Assembly: GCA_045105515.1 (NCBI GenBank)
Contig: JBGCDR010000433.1
Span: 1 to 35,814, forward strand
From: Oligoflexales bacterium
GTDB lineage: Bacteria; Bdellovibrionota_B; Oligoflexia; Oligoflexales; Bog-1112
Direction: 5' to 3'
DNA: 35,814 bases
Each line of letters begins with the position of its first letter. Position 1 is the first letter of the stretch. This document shows positions 1 to 8,219 of the stretch, in pieces. The notes under the pieces were generated by a model. That model saw nothing but the letters and a program-made list of their open reading frames with translations. It did no database searches and was not told where the DNA came from. Position numbers and translations under genes: made by a program.

Positions 1-66
1 ATAAAGCATCAAGTTGGCCTTGATAGGACAAAAATAAATTAGTACGAAATAGTTGAATTAACTGAT

Positions 67-93
67 GTGTCGGAAAATTTAAACAAGTAGTTA
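67..93 (-). promoter_or_regulatory. Possible sigma28 (FliA)-type promoter pointing out of the left edge of the window
   Basis: Minus strand reads TAAC-N15-TCCGACAC versus consensus TAAA-N15-GCCGATAA. The target gene would lie outside the window. Confidence 0.3.
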
Positions 94-329
94 TACTGAC
101 TCAATTAAGAAATAAAAGCATTTCGGTCAATGCTCCAAGGGGAGGTGGCTGTAGGGTCATGAAGAACGGAGAGCAACAAAACTCTTCCTGAGAACTTCCT
201 ATTGTTGTAAAAAATACAGAAATTTATAGTAATTTGAAAACCCTTTCTTGCCTCCGTTTCGATTAGTTGGCACTCTTGAGAATGTCGTCTACAGTTTTTT
301 GTCATAATAGATATGGAATCGAGGGTTTT

Positions 330-929
330 ATGCGTGTAACTATGATCGACAATTATGATTCCTTTACTTATAATCTGGTGCAATACTTACAGCATCTTGG
401 TCATATTGTTAGCACTTACCGCAATGATGAAATTCAGGCATGTCAGGTTATAGATGAGAAGCCAGATTTTATAGTACTTTCTCCAGGGCCATCGCATCCT
501 GAAAATGCTGGTATTTGCATTGAGTTGGTACAGTTAGGCTTTGGGAATCATCTTCCCATTTTTGGGGTGTGTTTAGGGCACCAAGCAATTGCTCAGGCTT
601 TTGGAGCTAAAGTAATAGAAATCGATCCCCCTGTTCATGGAAAAACCTCACCGGTTTACCATAAGAAGCTAGGGGTCTTTGATGGGCTACCTAATCCGCT
701 TGAGGCAACGCGCTATCATTCTTTAGTTGTTGAGCAAGGGAGCTTAGATCCGCAGCTTCAGGTAACAGGCGAGCTTGAAACTGGGATGATAATGGGTATC
801 AAGCATATGGGCTGTTTGATTGAAGGAGTGCAGTTTCACCCGGAATCTGTTCTGACCAAGTATGGCATGCAATTGCTGGCTAATTTTGCTTCACAAGTGG
901 AGGGGCTTAAAGGTCAGCTTGCAAAGTAG
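330..929 (+). CDS. trpG: Glutamine amidotransferase, anthranilate/aminodeoxychorismate synthase component II (TrpG/PabA)
   Basis: IDNYDSFTYNL start motif, SPGP, GVCLGHQ nucleophile, RYHSL, QFHPES. Start moved to ATG 330, which follows GAGGG at 321-325. trpG and pabA cannot be distinguished by eye. Confidence 0.93.
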   Translation: MRVTMIDNYDSFTYNLVQYLQHLGHIVSTYRNDEIQACQVIDEKPDFIVLSPGPSHPENAGICIELVQLGFGNHLPIFGVCLGHQAIAQAFGAKVIEIDPPVHGKTSPVYHKKLGVFDGLPNPLEATRYHSLVVEQGSLDPQLQVTGELETGMIMGIKHMGCLIEGVQFHPESVLTKYGMQLLANFASQVEGLKGQLAK

Positions 930-1030
930 CTAATGCTTTCGTACTATCTTAAGTTCGAAATAATACCAAAAATAATCCTATTATTGATAGTAATGCAGAC
1001 ACGCAATTGTAGCCCAGGGAGTCGCAAGCT

Positions 1031-2689
1031 ATGGAAAAAGTTTGGCTAAAACAGTATCAGGATGGCATACCAGAAAGCATTAGCATTGATCCTCAAATAA
1101 CCTTAGCAGAATTAATCGAAAGCTGTTGTGAGAAGTATCATTCTCTGCCAGCTTTTACTTGCATGGGAAAAACGCTAACCTATAAGGATATGGAGCAATA
1201 TTCGACGCAGTTGGGGTCTTATTTGACATCTCATCTAGGGCTTGAAAAAGGCGACCGTGTCGCGGTAATGATGCCCAATATCTTGCAAAACCCAATATCA
1301 ATTCTAGCTATTTTGAGAGCAGGACTTACGGTTGTAAATGTCAACCCTCTCTACACAGGAAGAGAGCTAGAGTACCAACTGAAAGACTCTGGTGCCAAAG
1401 CAATCCTAATAGTTGAAAATTTTGCTCATGTTCTTGAAGGAGTTATCGCCAATACCCCTGTGAAGCATACTGTGGTCACTAGCCTTGGAGAAATGCTTGG
1501 GTTTCCTAAGTCAATGCTTGTGAACTTTGTAATCCGCAAAATCAAGAAAATGGTACCTCCTTTCCAGCTCAATGGCCATCATACTTTTTCTCAGGCCTTA
1601 GAAATTGGAAAATCTAAATCATTCAAGAAGCACAAACTTACTTTGGAGGATTTAGCGTTTCTTCAGTATACAGGCGGAACCACGGGAGTTTCGAAAGGTG
1701 CAATGTTGAGCCATGGTAACCTTTGCTCTAATGTGGAACAAGCACACCAATGGTTGGCTAAATATGTTGAAATAGGTAAAGAAGTCATTATTACTGCTCT
1801 TCCTCTGTATCATATCTTTGCCTTAACGGCTAATTGCCTGACATTTATGAAGCTTGGAGGGCATAATATTTTGATACCTAATCCTCGTGACATACCAGGG
1901 TTTATTAAGGAGCTTGCTAAGCACCCTTTTACCGCATTTACTGGGGTTAATACCCTTTTCAATGCTTTATTGAATGACCCAAATTTTGGTGAATTAGATT
2001 TCAATACACTCAAAATTACCTTGGGTGGAGGTATGGCAGTGCAGAAGCCTGTAGCTGATCAGTGGCAAAAAGTTACTAAGGTGCCGCTTATTCAAGCGTA
2101 CGGTCTTACTGAAACATCTCCTGCAGCTTGTATGAACCCTCTAGATTTACCAGAATTTAATGGATCCATAGGCCTTCCTGTTTCAGCAACGGAGGTTTCG
2201 ATTCGAGACGATGATAATAAGGAGTTGGGATTTGGTGAACCTGGAGAAATATGTATTAAAGGGCCTCAGGTGATGCAAGGTTATTGGCAAAAACCAGAGG
2301 AAACCAAGAATGTTTTTACTCCAGATGGTTGGCTTAAAACAGGTGATATTGCGACAATAGACGATAAAGGATACGTCTATATTGTTGATCGTAAAAAAGA
2401 TATGATCTTGGTGTCAGGTTTCAATGTATATCCAAACGAAATTGAAGATATTTTGGTAAGTCATGAAGGTGTATTGGAAGCTGCTGCAGTCGGAGTTCCA
2501 GATGATAAATCCGGAGAAGTCGTCAAAGTTTTTGCGGTAAAAAAGGATCAAGGTTTGACGGCTGAAGATCTTTTAGCCTTTTGTAAGCAAAACCTTACAG
2601 GTTATAAAATACCTAAGTATGTGGAGTTTCGTGATGAACTGCCAAAGACTAACGTTGGTAAGATATTACGTCGTGCCTTGAGAGATTAA
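1031..2689 (+). CDS. fadD: Long-chain-fatty-acid--CoA ligase
   Basis: YTGGTTGVSKG P-loop, YGLTE, GWLKTGD, DRKKDMILVSGFNVYPNEIE, LPKTNVGKILRR. N-terminus MEKVWLKQY is typical of FadD. GGGAG RBS upstream. Confidence 0.95.
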   Translation: MEKVWLKQYQDGIPESISIDPQITLAELIESCCEKYHSLPAFTCMGKTLTYKDMEQYSTQLGSYLTSHLGLEKGDRVAVMMPNILQNPISILAILRAGLTVVNVNPLYTGRELEYQLKDSGAKAILIVENFAHVLEGVIANTPVKHTVVTSLGEMLGFPKSMLVNFVIRKIKKMVPPFQLNGHHTFSQALEIGKSKSFKKHKLTLEDLAFLQYTGGTTGVSKGAMLSHGNLCSNVEQAHQWLAKYVEIGKEVIITALPLYHIFALTANCLTFMKLGGHNILIPNPRDIPGFIKELAKHPFTAFTGVNTLFNALLNDPNFGELDFNTLKITLGGGMAVQKPVADQWQKVTKVPLIQAYGLTETSPAACMNPLDLPEFNGSIGLPVSATEVSIRDDDNKELGFGEPGEICIKGPQVMQGYWQKPEETKNVFTPDGWLKTGDIATIDDKGYVYIVDRKKDMILVSGFNVYPNEIEDILVSHEGVLEAAAVGVPDDKSGEVVKVFAVKKDQGLTAEDLLAFCKQNLTGYKIPKYVEFRDELPKTNVGKILRRALRD

Positions 2690-3267
2690 GAAAATAGGAT
2701 CAAAAGGACTAGCATAGCAGCGATGGCGCTGAGCGTTCGTTTTTCACTTCTTAATGATTGGGTGAATGAGCTTGGCCATTCAAAGTCACTAAGCTTGGGA
2801 AGAGATTTAGGAAACCATGCAGGAACTGCGGCTTTGTATGCTTGATACTCGTTGCCGAACTTTTTCCCAAGCAAACCCTCTTCGTATTGAACGATAAAAT
2901 GGTATTGCAAGTAAAACATTCCTACCGTTAGCAAACAAAACCAAGGTACGCCACTAAAGATAGCTAAACCTAAAACAATAAAAAAATTACCTAAATATAA
3001 GGGGTTACGCACCCATTTGAATGGTCCTGAGCTGATAAGCTGATCACCGAGGCTTTCTTTACGCGTCCGTGAAATCGACCCGATAAACGCTACGCTATAA
3101 ATGCGAAACAACTCACCAAAGGTGAGAACGATTGTGCCCAGTGTGGCAGTGAATACACTAGGCTTTGCGACAAAGAGAACTATAAGGACTAAGGGGATTG
3201 GAGTGTAATCGCGGTACTTAAAAAAAGTTTGCCCGAGTCCTGAGCTTTGCTCATTAGTATCGATCAT
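2686..3267 (-). CDS. Isoprenylcysteine carboxyl methyltransferase / PEMT-family membrane methyltransferase
   Basis: Several TM helices, LISSGPFKWVRNPLYLG, EEGLLGKKFGNEYQAYKAAVP family motifs. The stop overlaps the fadD stop (TTAA). Confidence 0.88.
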   Translation of the reverse strand: MIDTNEQSSGLGQTFFKYRDYTPIPLVLIVLFVAKPSVFTATLGTIVLTFGELFRIYSVAFIGSISRTRKESLGDQLISSGPFKWVRNPLYLGNFFIVLGLAIFSGVPWFCLLTVGMFYLQYHFIVQYEEGLLGKKFGNEYQAYKAAVPAWFPKSLPKLSDFEWPSSFTQSLRSEKRTLSAIAAMLVLLILFS

Positions 3268-3319
3268 ATGTATTTCCTTGATTGATGGTAGCTATGAAAA
3301 GCTTGTTTTTGACTTTGCT

Positions 3320-4006
3320 CTACTGTTGTATGGTGGGAATGTCTCCTGCTCTCAAATGAGCACCTGGCAGTAGAGGTTCAACTTTTCCTAAAAAACTCTT
3401 GGTCTTGTCTTTGAGATCCCACTGACTTGTCGTTAGGCCGAGTAAAGGAGGTGCAAGAGGAACGAGAGCACTTCCTATGGTTTTAGCAAATGACTTGACG
3501 AAAAAGTCCTCAAATATTTCTTTATTTTTTTTTGCTGTAGAGAATAAAGTTACCAGCCCATCACTGCGCCAATAAGCGTCTATATACGAAATAGTTGGGA
3601 GTGCTTTTGCAAGTAAACTCTCTTTGAGCTCATCACTTATGATTTTTCGGGCGTTTTTCCCGAGAGGTTTATCCCTCTCCAAATTTATTTGGTCGAGTTT
3701 TTGCCTTAGCATTACTTGAAAAAACTCAGAGGGAATCTTCTTACGTTCTATGCGTATTCTTAGTAGATAACCTTCGTCAACTTCACAGTCACTTAAATCC
3801 CAATAATCGCCATAGCGCTCTTCATCAGGTGTTAGGCCTGAAGGCATCACCCAACCAGCCCTCATTTCTTTAGACGAGTCACTACCGGTACCAAGTAAGC
3901 CGGACTGATATTGTCTAAATTTATTATTAAGCTTTTCAAGTGAAAAATTGTTATCTCCCACTAAGCGATACCGGCAAAGTGATATGGAACCCTTTATCAG
4001 ACCCAA
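3320..4006 (-). CDS. rdgC: RdgC-like recombination-associated DNA-binding protein
   Basis: (M)GLIKGSISLCRYRL, E..AGWV, LLRIRIERKKIP and ELKESLLAKALP match short delta-type RdgC. Likely TTG start at 4006 after AAGAAGGGTG. Confidence 0.7.
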   Translation of the reverse strand: MGLIKGSISLCRYRLVGDNNFSLEKLNNKFRQYQSGLLGTGSDSSKEMRAGWVMPSGLTPDEERYGDYWDLSDCEVDEGYLLRIRIERKKIPSEFFQVMLRQKLDQINLERDKPLGKNARKIISDELKESLLAKALPTISYIDAYWRSDGLVTLFSTAKKNKEIFEDFFVKSFAKTIGSALVPLAPPLLGLTTSQWDLKDKTKSFLGKVEPLLPGAHLRAGDIPTIQQ

Positions 4007-4113
4007 TGCTACACCCTTCTTTTGGTATTTTATCAAAATACTTAGGATATTACGGAATGGTATGAATTTACACAAGAAATTGACCGGAACTCAATTTTCT
4101 TGGTTGCGGATTC

Positions 4114-4140
4114 TAAAGTAATAGATTTGGCGTCCGACAA
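4114..4140 (+). promoter_or_regulatory. Putative sigma28 (FliA) promoter
   Basis: TAAA(4114-4117)-N15-TCCGACAA(4133-4140), ending 42 nt upstream of ORF 4183. Confidence 0.55.
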
Positions 4141-4182
4141 CAAGGGTGAGTTGGAAATTAAACCATTTATTTAAGGCGGACC

Positions 4183-4485
4183 ATGAAGGCCTATACGCCA
4201 ACCGATTACTCAACTTATCGGGAGATAATGGATGAACTTCTTAGACCGATAAGTGGTGAAGGTTTAGACTTTGATACCCTCAAGAGGTTGTATGAAAGCA
4301 AGCTTGTGTACTTGGAGAACCTGAGAATTAAGTGTTTTTGGGAAATGAACCGGAAAAATCTAGATGGCTATTTTTCAATTGGGGACTATCAGCTGATTTT
4401 GGATGCAATTCATAGGACCCATAATCATCTCAGGGATTTGATTTTTCTTGCTTTGACCTACTCTTTAGAAGCTCGAAGTCGTTAG
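4183..4485 (+). CDS. Hypothetical protein, 100 aa, predicted helical
   Basis: ATG with AAGGCGG upstream, fills the gap between genes, no recognisable family. Confidence 0.75.
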   Translation: MKAYTPTDYSTYREIMDELLRPISGEGLDFDTLKRLYESKLVYLENLRIKCFWEMNRKNLDGYFSIGDYQLILDAIHRTHNHLRDLIFLALTYSLEARSR

Positions 4486-4562
4486 ATGTTTTGAATAACA
4501 GAGTCATAATTGCTATGATTTATTATAACCTATGGTTTCATAGTCTAGGGATGTCATAAAAG

Positions 4563-5546
4563 ATGCTACATAGAGTTTTAGTAGCGGATGATTCAGAGCC
4601 GGTACAAAAAGCAATTCAAATCGCTTTGCAGCCCTATGATGTGGAAATATTTGAAGCTAGTTCATTTGTTGAAGCTTTGAACATTTGCAAGAAGAAATCT
4701 CCCAACTTGATCATAGCAGATGCCAGTCTAACGGGAACCGATGCTCCTAAAGAATTTAAGATTATGTCCAACACCGCCGGAGAGGTGCCAGTTCTACTCC
4801 TGGAAGGTTCTTTCGAACCGATTGATAAAGATGGTTTTGAAGCGATTGGTCTGCAATGTTTTCTTAAAAAACCTTTTAATATTGAGGAAATAGAAGAAGT
4901 TATAAAAGTTCAAATGCAGATATCATTGCCGGTTAAAAAGCAAAAAGGAACTCCAGATAGAGTGGAAGATATACCCCCCCCACCTCCACCTAGCCGCCCA
5001 GCCAATTCAGCTTGGGAAAATCAACTTGTGGAAAGTGATCTTCAATTAGACTTAAGCATTGATTCAGACTTCCTAGAAGCTGAAGTCAATTCTGATGCAG
5101 ACTCGGCGGATCTTCCGATTTTAGAGGCCAGCCAAGAAGTTCCGAAAGAACCAGAAAGTATTATTTCACCTTTCGATAATGAAACAGAGCAAGAGGCCCA
5201 AGTTCACGACAGTCAAGACCATGAAAGTCATGACCCCGACATTCACGATTATGATACTCACGACTTTGAGGCTCACGATTCTGAGGCTCATGACTCTGAA
5301 GTTCACGACTCTGAAACCCATGATCTCGGTGACAGTGTTCAGGAGAAGCAGGGGGCAGATATAGAATCAAATCGCTTACTTATAGAATCACTTATTCCCG
5401 CTCTCCAACAAGAAATCCTGCCTCTTTTAAAGCAAGAGGTGGAAGATCAGGTTAAAAAAGCCATAATTGAGTATTGTGAACTTCATTTTAAGCGTTTAGC
5501 GAGGGATGTCATCAAGGAAGAGCTGCGCTCCTTGGTCTCTGATTAG
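4563..5546 (+). CDS. romR: RomR-like response regulator (receiver, Pro/acidic disordered linker, C-terminal helix)
   Basis: Receiver motifs VLVADDS, IIAD and KKPF. Linker has PPPPPP and acidic tracts. C-terminal LARDVIKEELRSL resembles the RomR C-terminal helix (LAETIIREELERL-type). Located upstream of nadC-birA. Confidence 0.68.
   Translation: MLHRVLVADDSEPVQKAIQIALQPYDVEIFEASSFVEALNICKKKSPNLIIADASLTGTDAPKEFKIMSNTAGEVPVLLLEGSFEPIDKDGFEAIGLQCFLKKPFNIEEIEEVIKVQMQISLPVKKQKGTPDRVEDIPPPPPPSRPANSAWENQLVESDLQLDLSIDSDFLEAEVNSDADSADLPILEASQEVPKEPESIISPFDNETEQEAQVHDSQDHESHDPDIHDYDTHDFEAHDSEAHDSEVHDSETHDLGDSVQEKQGADIESNRLLIESLIPALQQEILPLLKQEVEDQVKKAIIEYCELHFKRLARDVIKEELRSLVSD
5205..5327 (+). repeat. 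15-nt coding tandem repeat encoding His-Asp-x-x-x pentapeptides
   Basis: CAY GAY at 5229, 5244, 5259, 5274, 5289, 5304 and 5319 (period 15), plus HD at 5205 and HE at 5220. Confidence 0.9.
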
Positions 5547-5808
5547 TTCAATCCACTTATTTAATTGAAAAATTCAGCATAATTCAAAGTTTTTCTCAAG
5601 GTATGAAGCTGCATAGTTGCTTGCAGGTTAGAAAGGGTTTGTAAAAGTTTGAGTGCAGTTTGAGGTCCAGAGTCTTGTCTTTAGCGTAGAACTTAGGATT
5701 ACTTGAAGGCCAGATAAATCTTGCATTATGATGATTAAACCCATAACTCTTTAGAAAGCAGCCATTGGCTTATTGCAAACAGTGACAATAAAGCAGGAAA
5801 GCAAGAAA

Positions 5809-6657
5809 ATGCCTGAAATTCACAACTTACAACTTGAACCTATCGTAGATAGAGCCTTGCAAGAAGATTGGGGCAACGGAGATTGGACAACTGATTTGTG
5901 TGTTCCTAAAGGGCTGAATGCTAGTGCGAAAATCGTTGCTAAGCAAGACTGCGTAGTCGCCGGTAGTGATATTGCCAATATGGTTTTTAAGCGAGTCAAT
6001 GAACAGCTTGATGTACGCATACTTAGGCTGGACGGGGAACGTGTTCGAGCAAAAGAAGTTTTGCTCGAGATTCGTGGAGAAGCAAGATCTATCTTGAAAG
6101 CAGAACGAGTAGCTCTTAATTTTTTTAGCAGAATGTGTGGTATAGCAAGTTCAACGAGGCGCTATGTTGATAGATTGGAAGCATATTCCACCCAATTACT
6201 TGATACCCGTAAGACCACACCTGGTTTAAGAATTATAGAAAAAGCGGCTACTGCAATTGGAGGAGCTCGCAATCATCGACTCTGTCTCACTGATGGTGTA
6301 TTAATCAAAGAGAACCATATCCGTGCTGCAGGAAGTATTAGCTTGGCAGTGAACCGTCTGCTAGAAAGTTTACCTCCAACCCTTAAAATTGAAGTTGAGA
6401 CTAGTAATCTTGCTGAGGTTCACGAAGCCTTAGAATCAGGAGCTGATCTAATTATGCTAGACAATATGTCGGTATCAGAGATGGCTTTGGCAGTGAGAAC
6501 TGCACGGGGAAGGGTTTTATTGGAAGCTTCAGGAAATGTGACCATCGACAATGTTGAGGAAATTGCCAAGACAGGAGTTGATTTTATTTCTACAAGTAGC
6601 ATTTTACACTCCGCTCCTTGGTCTGATCTAAGCCTATTATTTGACCTAAAAAACTAA
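5809..6657 (+). CDS. nadC: Nicotinate-nucleotide diphosphorylase (carboxylating), quinolinate phosphoribosyltransferase
   Basis: ALQEDWGNGDWTT, AERVALN, DTRKTTPGLR, NHR, IKENHI, EVE, IMLDN, EASG. ATG 5809 follows AGGAAA. Confidence 0.96.
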   Translation: MPEIHNLQLEPIVDRALQEDWGNGDWTTDLCVPKGLNASAKIVAKQDCVVAGSDIANMVFKRVNEQLDVRILRLDGERVRAKEVLLEIRGEARSILKAERVALNFFSRMCGIASSTRRYVDRLEAYSTQLLDTRKTTPGLRIIEKAATAIGGARNHRLCLTDGVLIKENHIRAAGSISLAVNRLLESLPPTLKIEVETSNLAEVHEALESGADLIMLDNMSVSEMALAVRTARGRVLLEASGNVTIDNVEEIAKTGVDFISTSSILHSAPWSDLSLLFDLKN

Positions 6658-6670
6658 AAGTTAGTGACCG

Positions 6671-8038
6671 ATGAATATCTCCTTATCTTGCTTTGACAGT
6701 CTGAGCTCAACCTCGACCTATGTTCAGAAGCTTTTAGCAGGTGGATGTAAACCGCCTTTTGCAGTTCAAGCAGATGTGCAGACCAAAGGTTTGGGGCAGC
6801 GTGGAAAAACATGGACAAGCCCTAAAGGTAATTTATACCTTTCATTAGTCATTCCAAATTCGAGTAAAGAGCTAAAATCTCGTGAGCTTATTCCTCTAAA
6901 AGCTGCTCATCTTATATCTAATTGGCTTTTTAGAGAGTTTGGAGTTTTTCCGATAATTAAGTGGCCAAATGATTTGTTTTTTGCTGGTAAAAAACTAGCT
7001 GGGATTCTTTGTCAAACTTCCGTCAATTCTTTAAAATGGGGAAATCTATTTATTGGCATTGGTCTTAATGTCAATCATGCGCCATTTATTTCTGGTACAG
7101 CTTATCAGAGTATTTCTCTTTCCCAGATAAAACCTAGCAATAGAGAGGTTAGGTTACTGGCCCAGTCTTTAGTGGATTTTTGGTCCAACGAGTGGTTTGC
7201 TGTAAGCGAAGAAGAAGTTCTTGAGCATTATGAACGCTTTTCTTTAGCCCCCTTTAGCTTGTGGAAAGAGAAAGTATGTGGAAAGGCTCTGTATCATCGT
7301 GAGTTAGGGGTTGATACTCGGGGTAATCTTTGTTTGCAAGAACTAGCAATTGAGTCGGCAAAATCATCAAAGCAACATAAATTGAACTCAGCAAGCCATA
7401 GCCTAAACAACGTTTTCTTAAGCCGAATTAATAGTCCGTTCCTGGTTGCATGCCAATTGCAAGAAACCTTGTACTTTGCTTTATTTGCAGATAGGTTTCA
7501 GACCCATCCTTATAGTCTTCAAAGGCTTGCTTTAGATCAGATTTCTGAAGGATTAAACGCTGTATTGCAAGAGCTTCGGAAAGATTTTGATGCGAGCTTT
7601 GATTCTGGAGGAACAGCTTGGCCTGTCTCTTGCCTTGGCTCAGCATTTAATGAACGCGAAGAAGTCGTTAAGAACTTTGAATCTTATAGATTTTTGCCTT
7701 TGGAACCAGTTGCAAGGCCGAGGCTAAGTAAAGGGTTTGAGGATTGCGTTGATAATTCTGCAAAAATACGACTAGCGGCTGTGGAATCATACTTAGAAAG
7801 AAAAAGGCCTCATGCTCAAGGAGCAAATAATAGGGTGATCGTTGATTGGAGTAAGATGCTAGGCTGCGCTGATTTCTTAAGTGAGCAAGGTATGCTAATT
7901 AGAACTATAAACTCTCAAGAAGTAGCTCAATTGGTGTCTGAAGCGCGGAAACATCAGGCCTGTCACATAGAGTATGTGGATGAAGACCAAACTCTTAATT
8001 TGGTGCTGCATGGCCTGATGTTACTAGCAATAGGCTAA
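6671..8038 (+). CDS. birA: Biotin--[acetyl-CoA carboxylase] ligase (no HTH) with a ~200 aa C-terminal degenerate CoaX-like domain
   Basis: QTKGLGQRGKTWTSPKGNLYLS, IKWPND, KKLAGIL, GIGLNVN. The extra C-terminal domain ends in NLVLHGLMLLA. Confidence 0.85.
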   Translation: MNISLSCFDSLSSTSTYVQKLLAGGCKPPFAVQADVQTKGLGQRGKTWTSPKGNLYLSLVIPNSSKELKSRELIPLKAAHLISNWLFREFGVFPIIKWPNDLFFAGKKLAGILCQTSVNSLKWGNLFIGIGLNVNHAPFISGTAYQSISLSQIKPSNREVRLLAQSLVDFWSNEWFAVSEEEVLEHYERFSLAPFSLWKEKVCGKALYHRELGVDTRGNLCLQELAIESAKSSKQHKLNSASHSLNNVFLSRINSPFLVACQLQETLYFALFADRFQTHPYSLQRLALDQISEGLNAVLQELRKDFDASFDSGGTAWPVSCLGSAFNEREEVVKNFESYRFLPLEPVARPRLSKGFEDCVDNSAKIRLAAVESYLERKRPHAQGANNRVIVDWSKMLGCADFLSEQGMLIRTINSQEVAQLVSEARKHQACHIEYVDEDQTLNLVLHGLMLLAIG

Positions 8039-8096
8039 AATCGACACTATGTTAGTTGCTGAAAAATCTGCAGCTAAATTGCACACCAATTTTTTC

Positions 8097-8125
8097 TTGA
8101 CACGGCCACTTTGGCGAAGTTTATT
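8097..8125 (+). promoter_or_regulatory. Putative sigma70 promoter for thiI
   Basis: TTGACA(8097-8102)-N17-TTTATT(8120-8125). Confidence 0.4.
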
Positions 8126-8219
8126 GAGCAGAGGAATCCTATAAAAAATGTTTTTTAGGAAAGGGTCAAGATGAAATATTTCTGCCTATAACAGAAAGTT
8201 CAGAAAGTGAAAGCATACT

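Noticed and set aside
105..383. 92-aa minus-strand ORF
   Set aside because: It overlaps the trpG start antisense, has no recognisable motifs and no clear RBS.
2686..2689. Overlapping stop codons of convergent genes (also lgt/hydrolase at 11546-11553)
   Set aside because: This is common in compact genomes and there is no evidence of a regulatory role.
4974..4981. C8 homopolymer in the romR-like gene (and G8 at 25362-25369) as phase-variation tracts
   Set aside because: Both encode in-frame proline runs in intact genes and are short for contingency loci.
5205..5327. Repeat array as a CRISPR
   Set aside because: The period is 15 nt with no spacers, it lies in frame within a CDS, and there are no cas genes.
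5161..5370. Alternative-frame ORFs 5161-5370 (-) and 5179-5364 (+)
   Set aside because: They are by-products of the stop-free 15-nt coding repeat.
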